DNA of 64,000 nucleotides from Lachnospiraceae bacterium. GTDB taxonomy: Bacteria > Bacillota > Clostridia > Lachnospirales > Lachnospiraceae. The stretch spans positions 17,552 through 81,551 of the forward strand of contig JAUNOI010000002.1 in the NCBI GenBank assembly GCA_030531165.1, in the 5' to 3' direction. The position numbers and the translations under genes were made by a program. This document shows, piece after piece, positions 10,334 through 19,976 of the stretch. The notes beneath the pieces were generated by a model, which worked only from the letters and a program-made list of their open reading frames with translations, had not been told where the DNA came from and made no database searches. Each line of letters opens with the position of its first letter. Position 1 is the stretch's first letter.

Positions 10334-11183
10334 AAATGTCATATTCCTTCCACATATCTTCTAATATTTTAAACCGTTCCGAAACCTGATCTTTTAAACG
10401 AATCGATATTGCGACAGCCAATGCATTGATTACGCTGAGCGGTGCTGTCAACGAGTCTACCACGGCCATCACATCACTTTTCGCAATCAGATTGATCTTG
10501 GATCGTGATGTCATCGGCGATTGCATGCTGTCCGTAATTGCGATCGTTGTCGCACCTGCACGACTCGCAAACTGCTGTACCTGCGCCGTAACTCTCGAAT
10601 ACCTCGGAAAGCTGATTCCAATAAACACATCATCCGGCTGAATGCGGTGAACCTGTTCAAACACTCCCACCTCACCGGTAAAATCAACAATCTGCACATC
10701 ATCTAAGATCATACCCAGATAATATCCGAGAAATTCCGCCAGAAATCCGGAACTTCTTGCGCCGATGATATAGACTTTCCGCGCTGACACGATGCTTTCC
10801 ACCGCACGGTTAAATTCATTCTCATCGATTTCTGCAATCGTTTCACGGATCCGTTCGGTATCCGTTTTTAATATACTTTTCAACGGATTCTCACTGCCAT
10901 AGCGCTGAACTGCTCCTTCCAGACGCTGAAGCGAACTTGACTGTGTCTTTACGATCACGTTCATCGCTTTCTGGAGCTGAGGATATCCGTCATAATCTAA
11001 TTCATATGCAAAGCGTACGACTGTCGATTCACTGACTCCTGCCGCTTTTCCAAGTTTGGACGCCGTCAAAAATGCCGCCTTATCATACTCCTTCAAAATG
11101 TAATCTGCAAGTTTTCTCTGTCCCTTACTGAACTTGCTCTCTTTTGCTTTAATTCTTTCTATTAAATCCAATGTTACCCTCAC
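10314..11183 (-). CDS. MurR/RpiR-family transcriptional regulator (HTH-SIS)
   Basis: GVSESTVVRFAYELDYDGYP HTH; ISFPRYS, ITDS..SP SIS domain. Confidence 0.9.
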   Translation of the reverse strand: MRVTLDLIERIKAKESKFSKGQRKLADYILKEYDKAAFLTASKLGKAAGVSESTVVRFAYELDYDGYPQLQKAMNVIVKTQSSSLQRLEGAVQRYGSENPLKSILKTDTERIRETIAEIDENEFNRAVESIVSARKVYIIGARSSGFLAEFLGYYLGMILDDVQIVDFTGEVGVFEQVHRIQPDDVFIGISFPRYSRVTAQVQQFASRAGATTIAITDSMQSPMTSRSKINLIAKSDVMAVVDSLTAPLSVINALAVAISIRLKDQVSERFKILEDMWKEYDIYDKKLL

Positions 11184-11186
11184 TTT

Positions 11187-12212
11187 CTACTGTATCAGCA
11201 TCGCATCGCCAAAACTGAAAAAGCGGTATCTTTCCTTTACTGCTTCTTCATAAGCTTCCATAATATGCTCTCTTCCCGCCAACGCCGATACAAGCATCAA
11301 TAATGTCGATTCCGGAAGGTGGAAATTCGTAATCAAAGCATCTATCACCTTAAACCGATAGCCTGGATAAATAAAAATGTCTGTCCATCCGCTTCCGGCA
11401 CGAATCATGCCGTCTTCATTCGCAACCGATTCTAGGGTACGTGTACTCGTTGTTCCGACAGAGATAACCCTGCCCCCCGTCCTTTTCGTATGATTGATGA
11501 TTTCAGCATCTTCTTCCTCAATGCAATAAAATTCGGAATGCATATGATGCTCTAAAATATTTTCAACTTTGACCGGACGAAATGTTCCCAAGCCAACATG
11601 CAAAGTTACATTTGCAATTTTTACCCCTTTTTCCCGAATTTGTTCTAACAATTCTTTTGTAAAATGAAGTCCGGCAGTAGGCGCGGCTGCAGATCCATTG
11701 TGTTTTGCATAAACCGTCTGATAACGTTCTTTATCCTTTAGCTGGTGCGTAATATATGGTGGAAGCGGCATCTCGCCAAGCTGATCAAGTACTTCTTCAA
11801 AAATCCCTTCATATTCAAAACGCACTAAGCGGTTGCCTTCTTCTACAATATCGAGTACTTCCCCAACTAAAATTCCATCACCAAAGCTGATCCTTGCTCC
11901 CGGACGTGCCTTTTTCCCCGGCTTCACAAGCGTCTCCCAGATATTGTCCTGCTTTCTCTTCAGCAGTAAAATCTCGATTTTCGCTCCGGTTCCTTCTTTT
12001 GCTCCAATGAGTCTTGCTGGTAATACCCTCGTATTATTAATGACCAGGCAGTCACCCGGATTCAGATATTCAATTACGTCTTTAAAGATCCTATGCTGTC
12101 TTTGCCCTGTCTGTTTATCTAATACCAAAAGTTTTGAACCGGAACGATCCTCCAATGGATCCTGTGCGATCAATTCTTTTGGCAAATCAAAATAAAAATC
12201 ATGTAAATTCAT
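11187..12212 (-). CDS. queA: S-adenosylmethionine:tRNA ribosyltransferase-isomerase
   Basis: [43 protein letters not shown]. Confidence 0.97.
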   Translation of the reverse strand: MNLHDFYFDLPKELIAQDPLEDRSGSKLLVLDKQTGQRQHRIFKDVIEYLNPGDCLVINNTRVLPARLIGAKEGTGAKIEILLLKRKQDNIWETLVKPGKKARPGARISFGDGILVGEVLDIVEEGNRLVRFEYEGIFEEVLDQLGEMPLPPYITHQLKDKERYQTVYAKHNGSAAAPTAGLHFTKELLEQIREKGVKIANVTLHVGLGTFRPVKVENILEHHMHSEFYCIEEEDAEIINHTKRTGGRVISVGTTSTRTLESVANEDGMIRAGSGWTDIFIYPGYRFKVIDALITNFHLPESTLLMLVSALAGREHIMEAYEEAVKERYRFFSFGDAMLIQ

Positions 12213-12297
12213 TTGTTATCCTTTCTTCGTGTAGATTAACATAATATGAATTATAAACTATTTATCCTTCATTTTCAAATTTTTATTGCATAAAAAT

Positions 12298-12338
12298 AAG
12301 GCTGCAAATCCCGGCTTTCACCGGCTTTTGCAGCCTTA
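12298..12338 (-). terminator. Terminator after pheT
   Basis: AAGGCTGCAAA...TTTGCAGCCTT inverted repeat then U-rich tail. Confidence 0.7.
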
Positions 12339-12388
12339 TAAAAATTTAAAATACATCAGCATCGCTGACTTAACTTTTCACTTTATTA

Positions 12389-14812
12389 TTAAGAACGAAG
12401 TTCCGCACCTAATTCCCCAAGTTTTTCTAAAATTTTATCAACAACTTTATTCACTTCCGCTTCTTCCAGTGTACGGTCTTTTGCACGGAATGTCAGAGAA
12501 TAAGCAACTGATTTTTTGCCAGCTTCAATCTGATTTCCTTCATAGACATCAAACAATTCTACAGATTCTAATAATTTACCGCCATTTTTCTTAATAATGT
12601 TTTCGATCTGTCCGACAAAGACTTCTTTTGAAACTGTCATACTCAGATCACGTTTCATTGCAGGGAATTTTGCAACCGCTTCATACTTACGGTCAAAGGT
12701 AGCATTTGCCACTAATACAGGCATGTCGATCACTGTAACGATTGCAGCCTGTTTCATGCTGTAATGATCCATCACATCCGGATGAACCTGACCGATATAA
12801 GCAACCTTTTCTTCACCTAACATTACTTTTGCCTGACGTCCCGGATGCAGGAATGAATATTCTTTCGTCGGAAGATATTCAATTTTTCCGTCGACTCCTA
12901 ATGTTGCAAAAATGTCTTCTAACACACCTTTCAATGTGAAGAAATCGCCATCTCCATACATGCCAAGTGTCATCTGCATTCTTTCATCAGGAAGCTCTTT
13001 TAATGGAAGTTCTTTTGGAATATAAATATTGCCAAATTCATATAATCTTACATTTTTATTTCTATGCGCCATATTGGTAGAAAGAGAAGTCAGCATCGCA
13101 TTTAAAGAAATCGTACGCATAATGCTGAAATCTTCACCTAATGGATTAGAAATTTCAATCACCTGTCTTTCCGGTGCATCTTCTGGCATTAATAATTTGT
13201 CAAACACTTTCGGGCTTTCAAAGGAATATGCCATGCCACCACAGAATCCATTCTGTTCCGCTACATCGCGACAAACATCTTCGATTCTTACTTTAAATGG
13301 CTTTTTACCGGCTGTGGATTCGCCCCTTGGCAATGTGACCGGAATATTATCATAGCCATAAAATCTTGCAACTTCTTCCGCGAGATCAGCCATGCATCCC
13401 AGATCCTGGCGGAATGTCGGAATCGTAAGTTCTCTTTTTGCTTCATCATAAATAAGACCAAGCTGTCCAAAATATTTTAACATCTGTTCTTCCGATACAT
13501 CCGTTCCTAATAAAGCATTCATTTTCTCCGGCTCAAATGGAAGTTTCTTTTCTGTTACCGGATTTGGATATACGTCTACAGCTCCTCCGACAACTTCTCC
13601 GCATCCTAATTCTTCGATCAACTGGCATGCGCGGTTCATTGCTTCCATCGCATTATTCGGATCTAAGCCTTTTACGAATTTCGCTGAAGCATCCGTGCTC
13701 AATCCTAAACGTTTCGAAGATAAACGGATATTCGTTCCATCAAAGGTTGCTGCCTCAAATAACAAAGTCTTGATCTCATCCGTTACCATTGAGTTTTCTC
13801 CACCCATGATGCCGGCAATTCCGACCTCTTTTTCTCCGTCGCAGATCATCAGAATATCTTTGTCGAGTTTTCTTTCCTGGCCATCCAGTGTTATAAACGT
13901 ATCACCGTCTTTTGCACGTTTGACGATGATTTCATGATTTGCAATCGTATCTAAATCATATGCATGCATCGGCTGACCATACTCTTCCATTACGTAGTTT
14001 GTAATATCTACAAGGTTGTTGATCGGACGGATTCCCATTGCGGATAAACGTCTCTGCATCCACTCCGGTGATGGAGCCAGTTTGATGTTTTTTACAACTC
14101 TTGCAGTATAGCGCGGACAGAGATCCGTATCCTCTACTGTAACTTTAATATAGTCGTTTGCATCTTCGTCATTGCCCGTTTCTGTGACAACCGGTGGATA
14201 GAATGGCTTATCAAACGTAACTGCCGCTTCTCTCGCAAGACCGATCATGCTGAAACAGTCTACACGATTTGATGTAATTTCGAATTCCACAACTGCATCG
14301 CGAAGTCCAAGTGCTTCCACCGCATCCGCTCCCGGCGTTACTTCTTTTTCGAAAATATAAATACCGTTTTCCGGAGCTTCCGGATACATATCGCGGGTAG
14401 AACCTAATTCTTCAATGGAACAGAGCATTCCATTTGATACGACACCGCGGAGCTTGCCTTTTTTGATTTTAATGCCTTCCGTCGGATTCGGGCTTCCATC
14501 ATGACCGCCAGCCACACGTCCGCCTGACAATACAACCGGCACAATCGCTCCTTCGAATACATTTGGAGCACCGGTTACAATCTGTACCGGCTCAACATCT
14601 CCGACATCAACCTGACAGATGACTAATTTATTCGCATCCGGATGTTTTTCAATCTTTACAATTTTGCCGACAACAATCTTTTCTAAATTTTTATCTAAAT
14701 ATGTGATGCTCTCCATATTTGTGCCAGATAATGTCATCTTATCTGCATATTCCTGTGGAGTGCATGTCAAATCAGGGACATATGCCTTGATCCATGAAAT
14801 AGGTGTATCCAT
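12389..14812 (-). CDS. pheT: Phenylalanine-tRNA ligase beta subunit
   Basis: HPDANKL, SNGMLCS, NRVDC, INNLVDITNYV, DLAEEVARFYGY, C-terminal FDX-ACB domain. Confidence 0.97.
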   Translation of the reverse strand: MDTPISWIKAYVPDLTCTPQEYADKMTLSGTNMESITYLDKNLEKIVVGKIVKIEKHPDANKLVICQVDVGDVEPVQIVTGAPNVFEGAIVPVVLSGGRVAGGHDGSPNPTEGIKIKKGKLRGVVSNGMLCSIEELGSTRDMYPEAPENGIYIFEKEVTPGADAVEALGLRDAVVEFEITSNRVDCFSMIGLAREAAVTFDKPFYPPVVTETGNDEDANDYIKVTVEDTDLCPRYTARVVKNIKLAPSPEWMQRRLSAMGIRPINNLVDITNYVMEEYGQPMHAYDLDTIANHEIIVKRAKDGDTFITLDGQERKLDKDILMICDGEKEVGIAGIMGGENSMVTDEIKTLLFEAATFDGTNIRLSSKRLGLSTDASAKFVKGLDPNNAMEAMNRACQLIEELGCGEVVGGAVDVYPNPVTEKKLPFEPEKMNALLGTDVSEEQMLKYFGQLGLIYDEAKRELTIPTFRQDLGCMADLAEEVARFYGYDNIPVTLPRGESTAGKKPFKVRIEDVCRDVAEQNGFCGGMAYSFESPKVFDKLLMPEDAPERQVIEISNPLGEDFSIMRTISLNAMLTSLSTNMAHRNKNVRLYEFGNIYIPKELPLKELPDERMQMTLGMYGDGDFFTLKGVLEDIFATLGVDGKIEYLPTKEYSFLHPGRQAKVMLGEEKVAYIGQVHPDVMDHYSMKQAAIVTVIDMPVLVANATFDRKYEAVAKFPAMKRDLSMTVSKEVFVGQIENIIKKNGGKLLESVELFDVYEGNQIEAGKKSVAYSLTFRAKDRTLEEAEVNKVVDKILEKLGELGAELRS

Positions 14813-14848
14813 TTAAATTTCCTCCAAATAACTTTTTTATTTTTTCTA

Positions 14849-15868
14849 CTAAAATTGCTCTAAGAAACGCTTGTCGTTTTCGTACAAAAGTCTCATATCA
14901 TCGATTTCGTATTTTAATAAAGCAACTCGTTCAAGTCCGATACCAAACGCAAATCCAGAATATACTTCAGGATCGATTCCACACATTTCAAGCACATGTG
15001 GATGTACCATCCCACAGCCGAGGATTTCAATCCAGCCACTTCCTCCACACATACGACATCCTTTTCCTCCGCATTTGAAACAGGTAATGTCCACCTCTGC
15101 ACTAGGCTCTGTAAATGGGAAGTGATGTGGGCGGAATTTTACTTTTGTTTCAGGACCGAAAAATTCCTGAGCAAACTGCTGCAAAGTGCCTTTTAAATCC
15201 GCCATCGTAATTCCTTTATCGATAACAAGTCCTTCAACCTGATGGAAGGATGGAGAATGTGTCGCATCTACTTCATCAGAACGGAACACTCTTCCTGGAG
15301 AAATAATACGGATTGGAAGTTTTCCCTGTTCCATAATTCGAGCTTGTACAGGAGATGTTTGTGTTCTCAATAAAATTTCTTTATCAATATAAAAAGTATC
15401 CTGTTCATCCTTCGCCGGATGGTTTTCAGGAATATTTAATAATTCAAAATTATATTTATCATATTCGATTTCAGGACCTTCAACTACTTCATATCCCATA
15501 CCGATAAATACCCGTTCCAAATCATCCAGAGCGATCTGATTTGGATGACGATGTCCCTTTGCATGTGTTTTGCCCGGAAGCGTCACATCGATCACCTCGG
15601 ATTTCATCTTTTCCTCGCGGATCTTACGCTTAACAGCAGCCATCTCTTCTTCTAAGGCCTTTTCGATAATCTGTCTGGTCTCATTAACCATCTGGCCAAC
15701 TTTCGGACGATCCTCTTTAGCAACATCTTTCATGCCTTTTAATACTTTTGTTAGTTCTCCCTTTTTCCCGAGGAAATTTACTTTTACTTCATTTAAGCTT
15801 TCCATCTTCTGCGCCTGCTGAATCTGTTCCAGCGCAGATTTTCTAATGGCTTCTAATCTTTCCTTCAT
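14849..15868 (-). CDS. pheS: Phenylalanine-tRNA ligase alpha subunit
   Basis: LRTQTSPVQ, DATHS..FHQVEG, FPFTEPSAE, WIEILGCG, GFAFG.G.ER. Confidence 0.98.
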   Translation of the reverse strand: MKERLEAIRKSALEQIQQAQKMESLNEVKVNFLGKKGELTKVLKGMKDVAKEDRPKVGQMVNETRQIIEKALEEEMAAVKRKIREEKMKSEVIDVTLPGKTHAKGHRHPNQIALDDLERVFIGMGYEVVEGPEIEYDKYNFELLNIPENHPAKDEQDTFYIDKEILLRTQTSPVQARIMEQGKLPIRIISPGRVFRSDEVDATHSPSFHQVEGLVIDKGITMADLKGTLQQFAQEFFGPETKVKFRPHHFPFTEPSAEVDITCFKCGGKGCRMCGGSGWIEILGCGMVHPHVLEMCGIDPEVYSGFAFGIGLERVALLKYEIDDMRLLYENDKRFLEQF

Positions 15869-15934
15869 CTTTTTGCTCCTTCATTAAATTGAATATATCA
15901 TTTTTATTGTATTGGAAATCAGAAAAATTTCCGA

Positions 15935-16180
15935 TACAACAAAAAAACGCCCCTGAAAAGGGACGAAATCATCGCGGTACCACCCTGATTCCGGAAAACA
16001 ATTCTTCCGGCACTCAAATCTGCGTAACGAGCAGCTACGTTATCCCCTACTATACAATGTTCGGAGATACAACTCTGGTGTGAAATTCGCATAACCATCT
16101 GAACATAAAAAAGCTTACAGCCAATGACTTTTTCTCTCTGAATGAAAATGATCATACTACTATGCACCGTCATAGTCTTT
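15935..16180 (-). ncRNA. T-box riboswitch (Phe) leader of pheST
   Basis: T-box AGGGTGGTACCGCG at 15974-15987; terminator CGTCCC...GGGGCG+U7; AG box and GGCTG motif in stem I; UUC specifier at 16082-16084. Confidence 0.92.
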
Positions 16181-16411
16181 CTTCTTTAACTTTTCTTATT
16201 CTATAATAAAAGAACTAAGATTGTCAATATCTTTATCGTTTAATTTCTCCGCAGTCATAATGCTCATGCATAAACACACTGAAATGATATTATAATGATA
16301 TTATAGCAATTTTGCCATCCGACCAAACAACAGGAGCACTTGAGAATTTACCATTCTTATGGTAAAATTTCAATAATTATAATTCATAATTTACCAGAAA
16401 GGTTATCGGAC

Positions 16412-17233
16412 ATGATACAAATTATCGCAGCCGTACAGGCAATCATGACAAAGATGCGGCAGGACCATATTGCGGCATTCGCAGCACAGGCTGCATTTTT
16501 TATTATTATATCGACATTCCCATTTATTATGTTTATTTTATATATTACCCGCTATATGCCATTTAACCAGGCAGATATCCTGATGGCATGCAGAGAATAT
16601 CTGCCCGGACAATATAGTTCCCTGGTCGTATCGATCATCGAAATGGTCTATGTACAGCAATCTACTGCTTTGCTGTCCTTCAATGCATTGTCTCTGTTAT
16701 GGGCAGCCTCCAAGGGCGTGAATTCTTTGATCAGCGGTTTAAATTCCGTATATGAGATTGATGAAGACCGAAATTTTATCATCATGCGGCTCTTATCCTC
16801 TCTCTATATTGTCATTTTTACAGTTGCGATCATCTTCGGCCTGCTTTTGCTCGTATTTGGAAATACGATTTATATTTATATATGTAAATGGTTTCCATTT
16901 TTGGAACAGATCAATGTTTTATTTACTCTGACACGGGTTTTCCTTAGTTTTACCATATTCATTGTCGCGTTCCTAATTATTTACAAATTTCTTCCAAGTC
17001 AGAAGATGCACTTTACCGAAGTAATTCCAGGCGCTATTTTTACCGCCGTTGGATGGATTTTATCCTCATTTATATTTTCCCTGTACTACGGTAATTTTAA
17101 TACGATATTCAATATGTACGGGAATCTGACCGGTTTGCTGCTCGCACTTTTGTGGCTGTACTTTTGCATGTATATTCTGTTGATCGGCGCAGAAATCAAC
17201 TATCATTTCTATCATAATGCACAATATTATTAA
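16412..17233 (+). CDS. YihY/BrkB-family membrane protein
   Basis: AAQAAFF..STFPF, LWAAS.G, PGAIF, YG.L.G...LLWLY...LL.GAEIN; GAAAGG SD before 16412. Confidence 0.9.
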   Translation: MIQIIAAVQAIMTKMRQDHIAAFAAQAAFFIIISTFPFIMFILYITRYMPFNQADILMACREYLPGQYSSLVVSIIEMVYVQQSTALLSFNALSLLWAASKGVNSLISGLNSVYEIDEDRNFIIMRLLSSLYIVIFTVAIIFGLLLLVFGNTIYIYICKWFPFLEQINVLFTLTRVFLSFTIFIVAFLIIYKFLPSQKMHFTEVIPGAIFTAVGWILSSFIFSLYYGNFNTIFNMYGNLTGLLLALLWLYFCMYILLIGAEINYHFYHNAQYY

Positions 17234-17308
17234 GGCAAAGAATGACTTACGTCAGCTACCTGGCAATAGAAAACTTCTTCGAATGGGACATTGCGCAGAA
17301 TGCAAAAA

Positions 17309-17344
17309 GGGAACTTTTCCATCAGGTTTCATGCAAAAGTTCCC
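17309..17344. terminator. Terminator between convergent yihY and rpiB-like genes
   Basis: GGGAACTTTT...AAAAGTTCCC inverted repeat. Confidence 0.65.
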
Positions 17345-17401
17345 GCGCATATAGTATGAGTATTTAGGAATTGAAATTATAATTGGCTTTATTGTTTGTT
17401 A

Positions 17402-17836
17402 TTATTTGTTTTCGTAGTCAACGATTGCCTGAACCTTATCTCCAGATCTTCCGTTTGGATCAAACGTACAGGATAAATATTCTTTTACCATCATTTTCGC
17501 AAGCTGAATTCCGACAACCTGAGAGCCCATCGTAATGATATTGGCATGATTCGATAATTCTGCTCTCTGTGCCTGATAAATGTCATGAATACAAGCTGCA
17601 TATGCGCCTTTTACTTTATTTGCCGCAATGGATACTCCAATACCGGTTCCACATACGATGATTCCTCTGTCGTATTCTTTGTCAACAACCGCCTGGGCTA
17701 CTTTAATGGCCGTATTCGCATAGATTGGATCTTCGCTTCCGAAATCTGCGACTTCATGACCGAGTTCTTTGACATATTCCATTAATTCCATTTTGAAATC
17801 CTGTGCATTCGGATCACATCCAAATACGATTTTCAT
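17402..17836 (-). CDS. RpiB/LacA/LacB-family sugar-phosphate isomerase (DerI-like variant)
   Basis: CGTGIG, AANKV.G motifs; His residues typical of RpiB are replaced (GCDPN, LSNHA, GRSGDKV). Confidence 0.85.
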   Translation of the reverse strand: MKIVFGCDPNAQDFKMELMEYVKELGHEVADFGSEDPIYANTAIKVAQAVVDKEYDRGIIVCGTGIGVSIAANKVKGAYAACIHDIYQAQRAELSNHANIITMGSQVVGIQLAKMMVKEYLSCTFDPNGRSGDKVQAIVDYENK

Positions 17837-17894
17837 ATTTGTTCCTCCTGACTATGTTCTATTTACCTGTTACCTTTATGATTTAATGCGCCGA

Positions 17895-19079
17895 TTATTC
17901 TGCGCCGTAAATCCGATCTGTAATCTTCTTTGCAATTTCCTCAATGCGGCCCTTTTGAACCGCAAGTTCTAATACACTGTAACGCTCCCTTACCCTATAA
18001 GCTCCAAGCATACTATGGTAGAATAGATCTCTGTCAATTCCGATATCCGTAGGCAATACCGGTGCTCCTGCAGTTTTTAATAATTTTTCCACTTCTTCCC
18101 TCGAAGGAGCCAGCTCCATTGCACAATCCGGAATATCATCTTCCATCATTTCAAATACTTCTGCGATAATCGGTGTTGCAATACCAACTTTAATACCATG
18201 AAGTTCCGGAAACTTCTTTTTCGCAATGAAGTCCATTTCCCAATAATGGCTCAGCATATGTTCTGCTCCCGATGCAGGTCTGGAAATGCCGACTAACGCC
18301 ATCGCAACACCGGTCAATGTCAATGCTTCAATCAAATATAAAATCGCTTCATCTTCTCGTTTTGCAATACCCTCAGCATTATCGATGACCTTCTTTAACG
18401 CGCGCTGAACTAATGTAACGCACGTTTCGCAACATTCGTCTCCTGCAATTTCTCTTGCAAGATACCAGTCTGCAAGTGCTGTCAATTTTCCGAGTACATC
18501 CCCGAAACCTGCATGAATCAGATGCATCGGTGCCTCTTTCATAATATCCGTATCGCCGACAACGCCATATGGAAGTGTCGCTACGAATGAAATTTTTCTT
18601 CCCGCTTTGATCAACGGTGCTCCATCAGCAACGTACCCATCCATTGACGGTGCGGTACAAACGATAATATATGGAATTCCGGTTCTTGCAGATACGTATT
18701 TTGCCGTGTCATTTAATGTTCCGGATCCAACAGATACGATGAGTCCCGTTCCCGGTCTTAATTCCATCATCACGCGACCGACCACGCTTTCATCCGGAAT
18801 TAAGATTCCATCGCCTGTCTGAAATACATGACTATTTACGTCAAATCCATCATCTTCCATCAACTGCAGACATTTCTCGCCTGCCGCTTCAAATGTATGA
18901 TTATCGCTGATCATCGTAATCGGTTGATTCTTAAATGGTGCTGCAAATTCAAGCAATTTCGGCAAAGTACCTTTTCCGATTGCAAGATGTTCAATCCCAA
19001 AAGTGTGGTGATGGCCACAGCTGCATTCAAAACTTGCGTTTGCCATTTCATTCATCGTCATATCTAAAATTTCATTCAT
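17895..19079 (-). CDS. sn-glycerol-1-phosphate dehydrogenase-like (AraM/EgsA family) polyol-phosphate dehydrogenase
   Basis: C.CG..H N-terminus, VGSGTLND, TAPSMDGY, AGFGD, SRPASGAEH..SH.WE, LHG.KVG. Confidence 0.88.
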   Translation of the reverse strand: MNEILDMTMNEMANASFECSCGHHHTFGIEHLAIGKGTLPKLLEFAAPFKNQPITMISDNHTFEAAGEKCLQLMEDDGFDVNSHVFQTGDGILIPDESVVGRVMMELRPGTGLIVSVGSGTLNDTAKYVSARTGIPYIIVCTAPSMDGYVADGAPLIKAGRKISFVATLPYGVVGDTDIMKEAPMHLIHAGFGDVLGKLTALADWYLAREIAGDECCETCVTLVQRALKKVIDNAEGIAKREDEAILYLIEALTLTGVAMALVGISRPASGAEHMLSHYWEMDFIAKKKFPELHGIKVGIATPIIAEVFEMMEDDIPDCAMELAPSREEVEKLLKTAGAPVLPTDIGIDRDLFYHSMLGAYRVRERYSVLELAVQKGRIEEIAKKITDRIYGAE

Positions 19080-19106
19080 ACTTTTCTCTCCTTTAATGCA
19101 TCATAT

Positions 19107-19826
19107 TTATTTGTAAGCCACAATCTCAAATTTAGTTTTGTAGGCTTGCGTCCTGATTTCTACATATTCAATAATTCGTTCTTCCGTATCATAAGTAATG
19201 CAGGAACGAATAGAAATCGGTTCTCCTTCTTTCATTTCAAGCTGCATCGCTTCGTATTCATTCGCTGCCTTTACTTCCAGTACCTGAAGCATTTTTGCAA
19301 TATGAATTCCATACTCCTCAAATGTATTGTACAGAGAGGTCTCTGTAAAATCGATCTTTCGAAGATCCGGGAAAAAATCAATTGGATGATAAGAATTCGT
19401 CAAGCTGTATAATTCTTCATCAATATAACGGAGACGTTCCAAATGAAATACCATATCTCCCTTTTCCACTCCCAGCTTCTCGGCAATAAATCCAGATGCC
19501 GGTTCTACATTCTGAAATAATACTTTACTTTTCGGATCTTTTCCCTGAAGTTTCACATCGTTATAAAATCCAATGATCGAATTCATCTCATGTGCCACAT
19601 GAGAGCCGTTTCCAACAAAAAATGTTCCTTTTCCCTGGAGGCGGATGATCTTCCCCTCAGTCTCTAAGACATCAATTGCCTTACGTATGGTCGGACGACT
19701 GGTGTGAAAAATCTCGCATAATTCCCTCTCTCCCGGAAGAGGCGAATAATATTCCAAATGTCTGTATTTTTCTAAAATCTCTTCACTCAATTTAATATAT
19801 AACGGCTTCCCTTTTCTTTCCTGCAT
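19107..19826 (-). CDS. GntR (HutC/UTRA) family transcriptional regulator
   Basis: LPGERELC..F.TSRPTIRKA...QGKGTF; C-terminal UTRA-like domain (LERLR, SLY). Confidence 0.9.
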   Translation of the reverse strand: MQERKGKPLYIKLSEEILEKYRHLEYYSPLPGERELCEIFHTSRPTIRKAIDVLETEGKIIRLQGKGTFFVGNGSHVAHEMNSIIGFYNDVKLQGKDPKSKVLFQNVEPASGFIAEKLGVEKGDMVFHLERLRYIDEELYSLTNSYHPIDFFPDLRKIDFTETSLYNTFEEYGIHIAKMLQVLEVKAANEYEAMQLEMKEGEPISIRSCITYDTEERIIEYVEIRTQAYKTKFEIVAYK

Positions 19827-19848
19827 ATCATTCCCTCCTTATGCTCAT

Positions 19849-19898
19849 ACTATACCACTGGATAAACCTTTTGTCAACAATTAATTTACCACTGGTAA
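19849..19898 (-). promoter_or_regulatory. sigma-A promoter of the gntR operon with two operator-like sites
   Basis: TTGACA(19872-77)-17-TATAGT(19849-54); TTACCACTGGTAA palindrome 19886-19898; degenerate copy TACCACTGGATA 19853-19864. Confidence 0.7.
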
Positions 19899-19976
19899 CT
19901 TTTATTTGTATAAAGATACTTCATTTGACTTTCCAAACAACTATCTTTAAAATAATCACAAAGGAGACCATTTATC

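Noticed and set aside
15889-16173. Two small ORFs upstream of pheS
   Set aside because: They overlie the T-box riboswitch, which explains the region
17895-19079. Archaeal-type ether-lipid synthesis implied by G1P dehydrogenase
   Set aside because: No GGGP/DGGGP synthase or PcrB nearby; context (isomerase plus GntR) points to sugar metabolism
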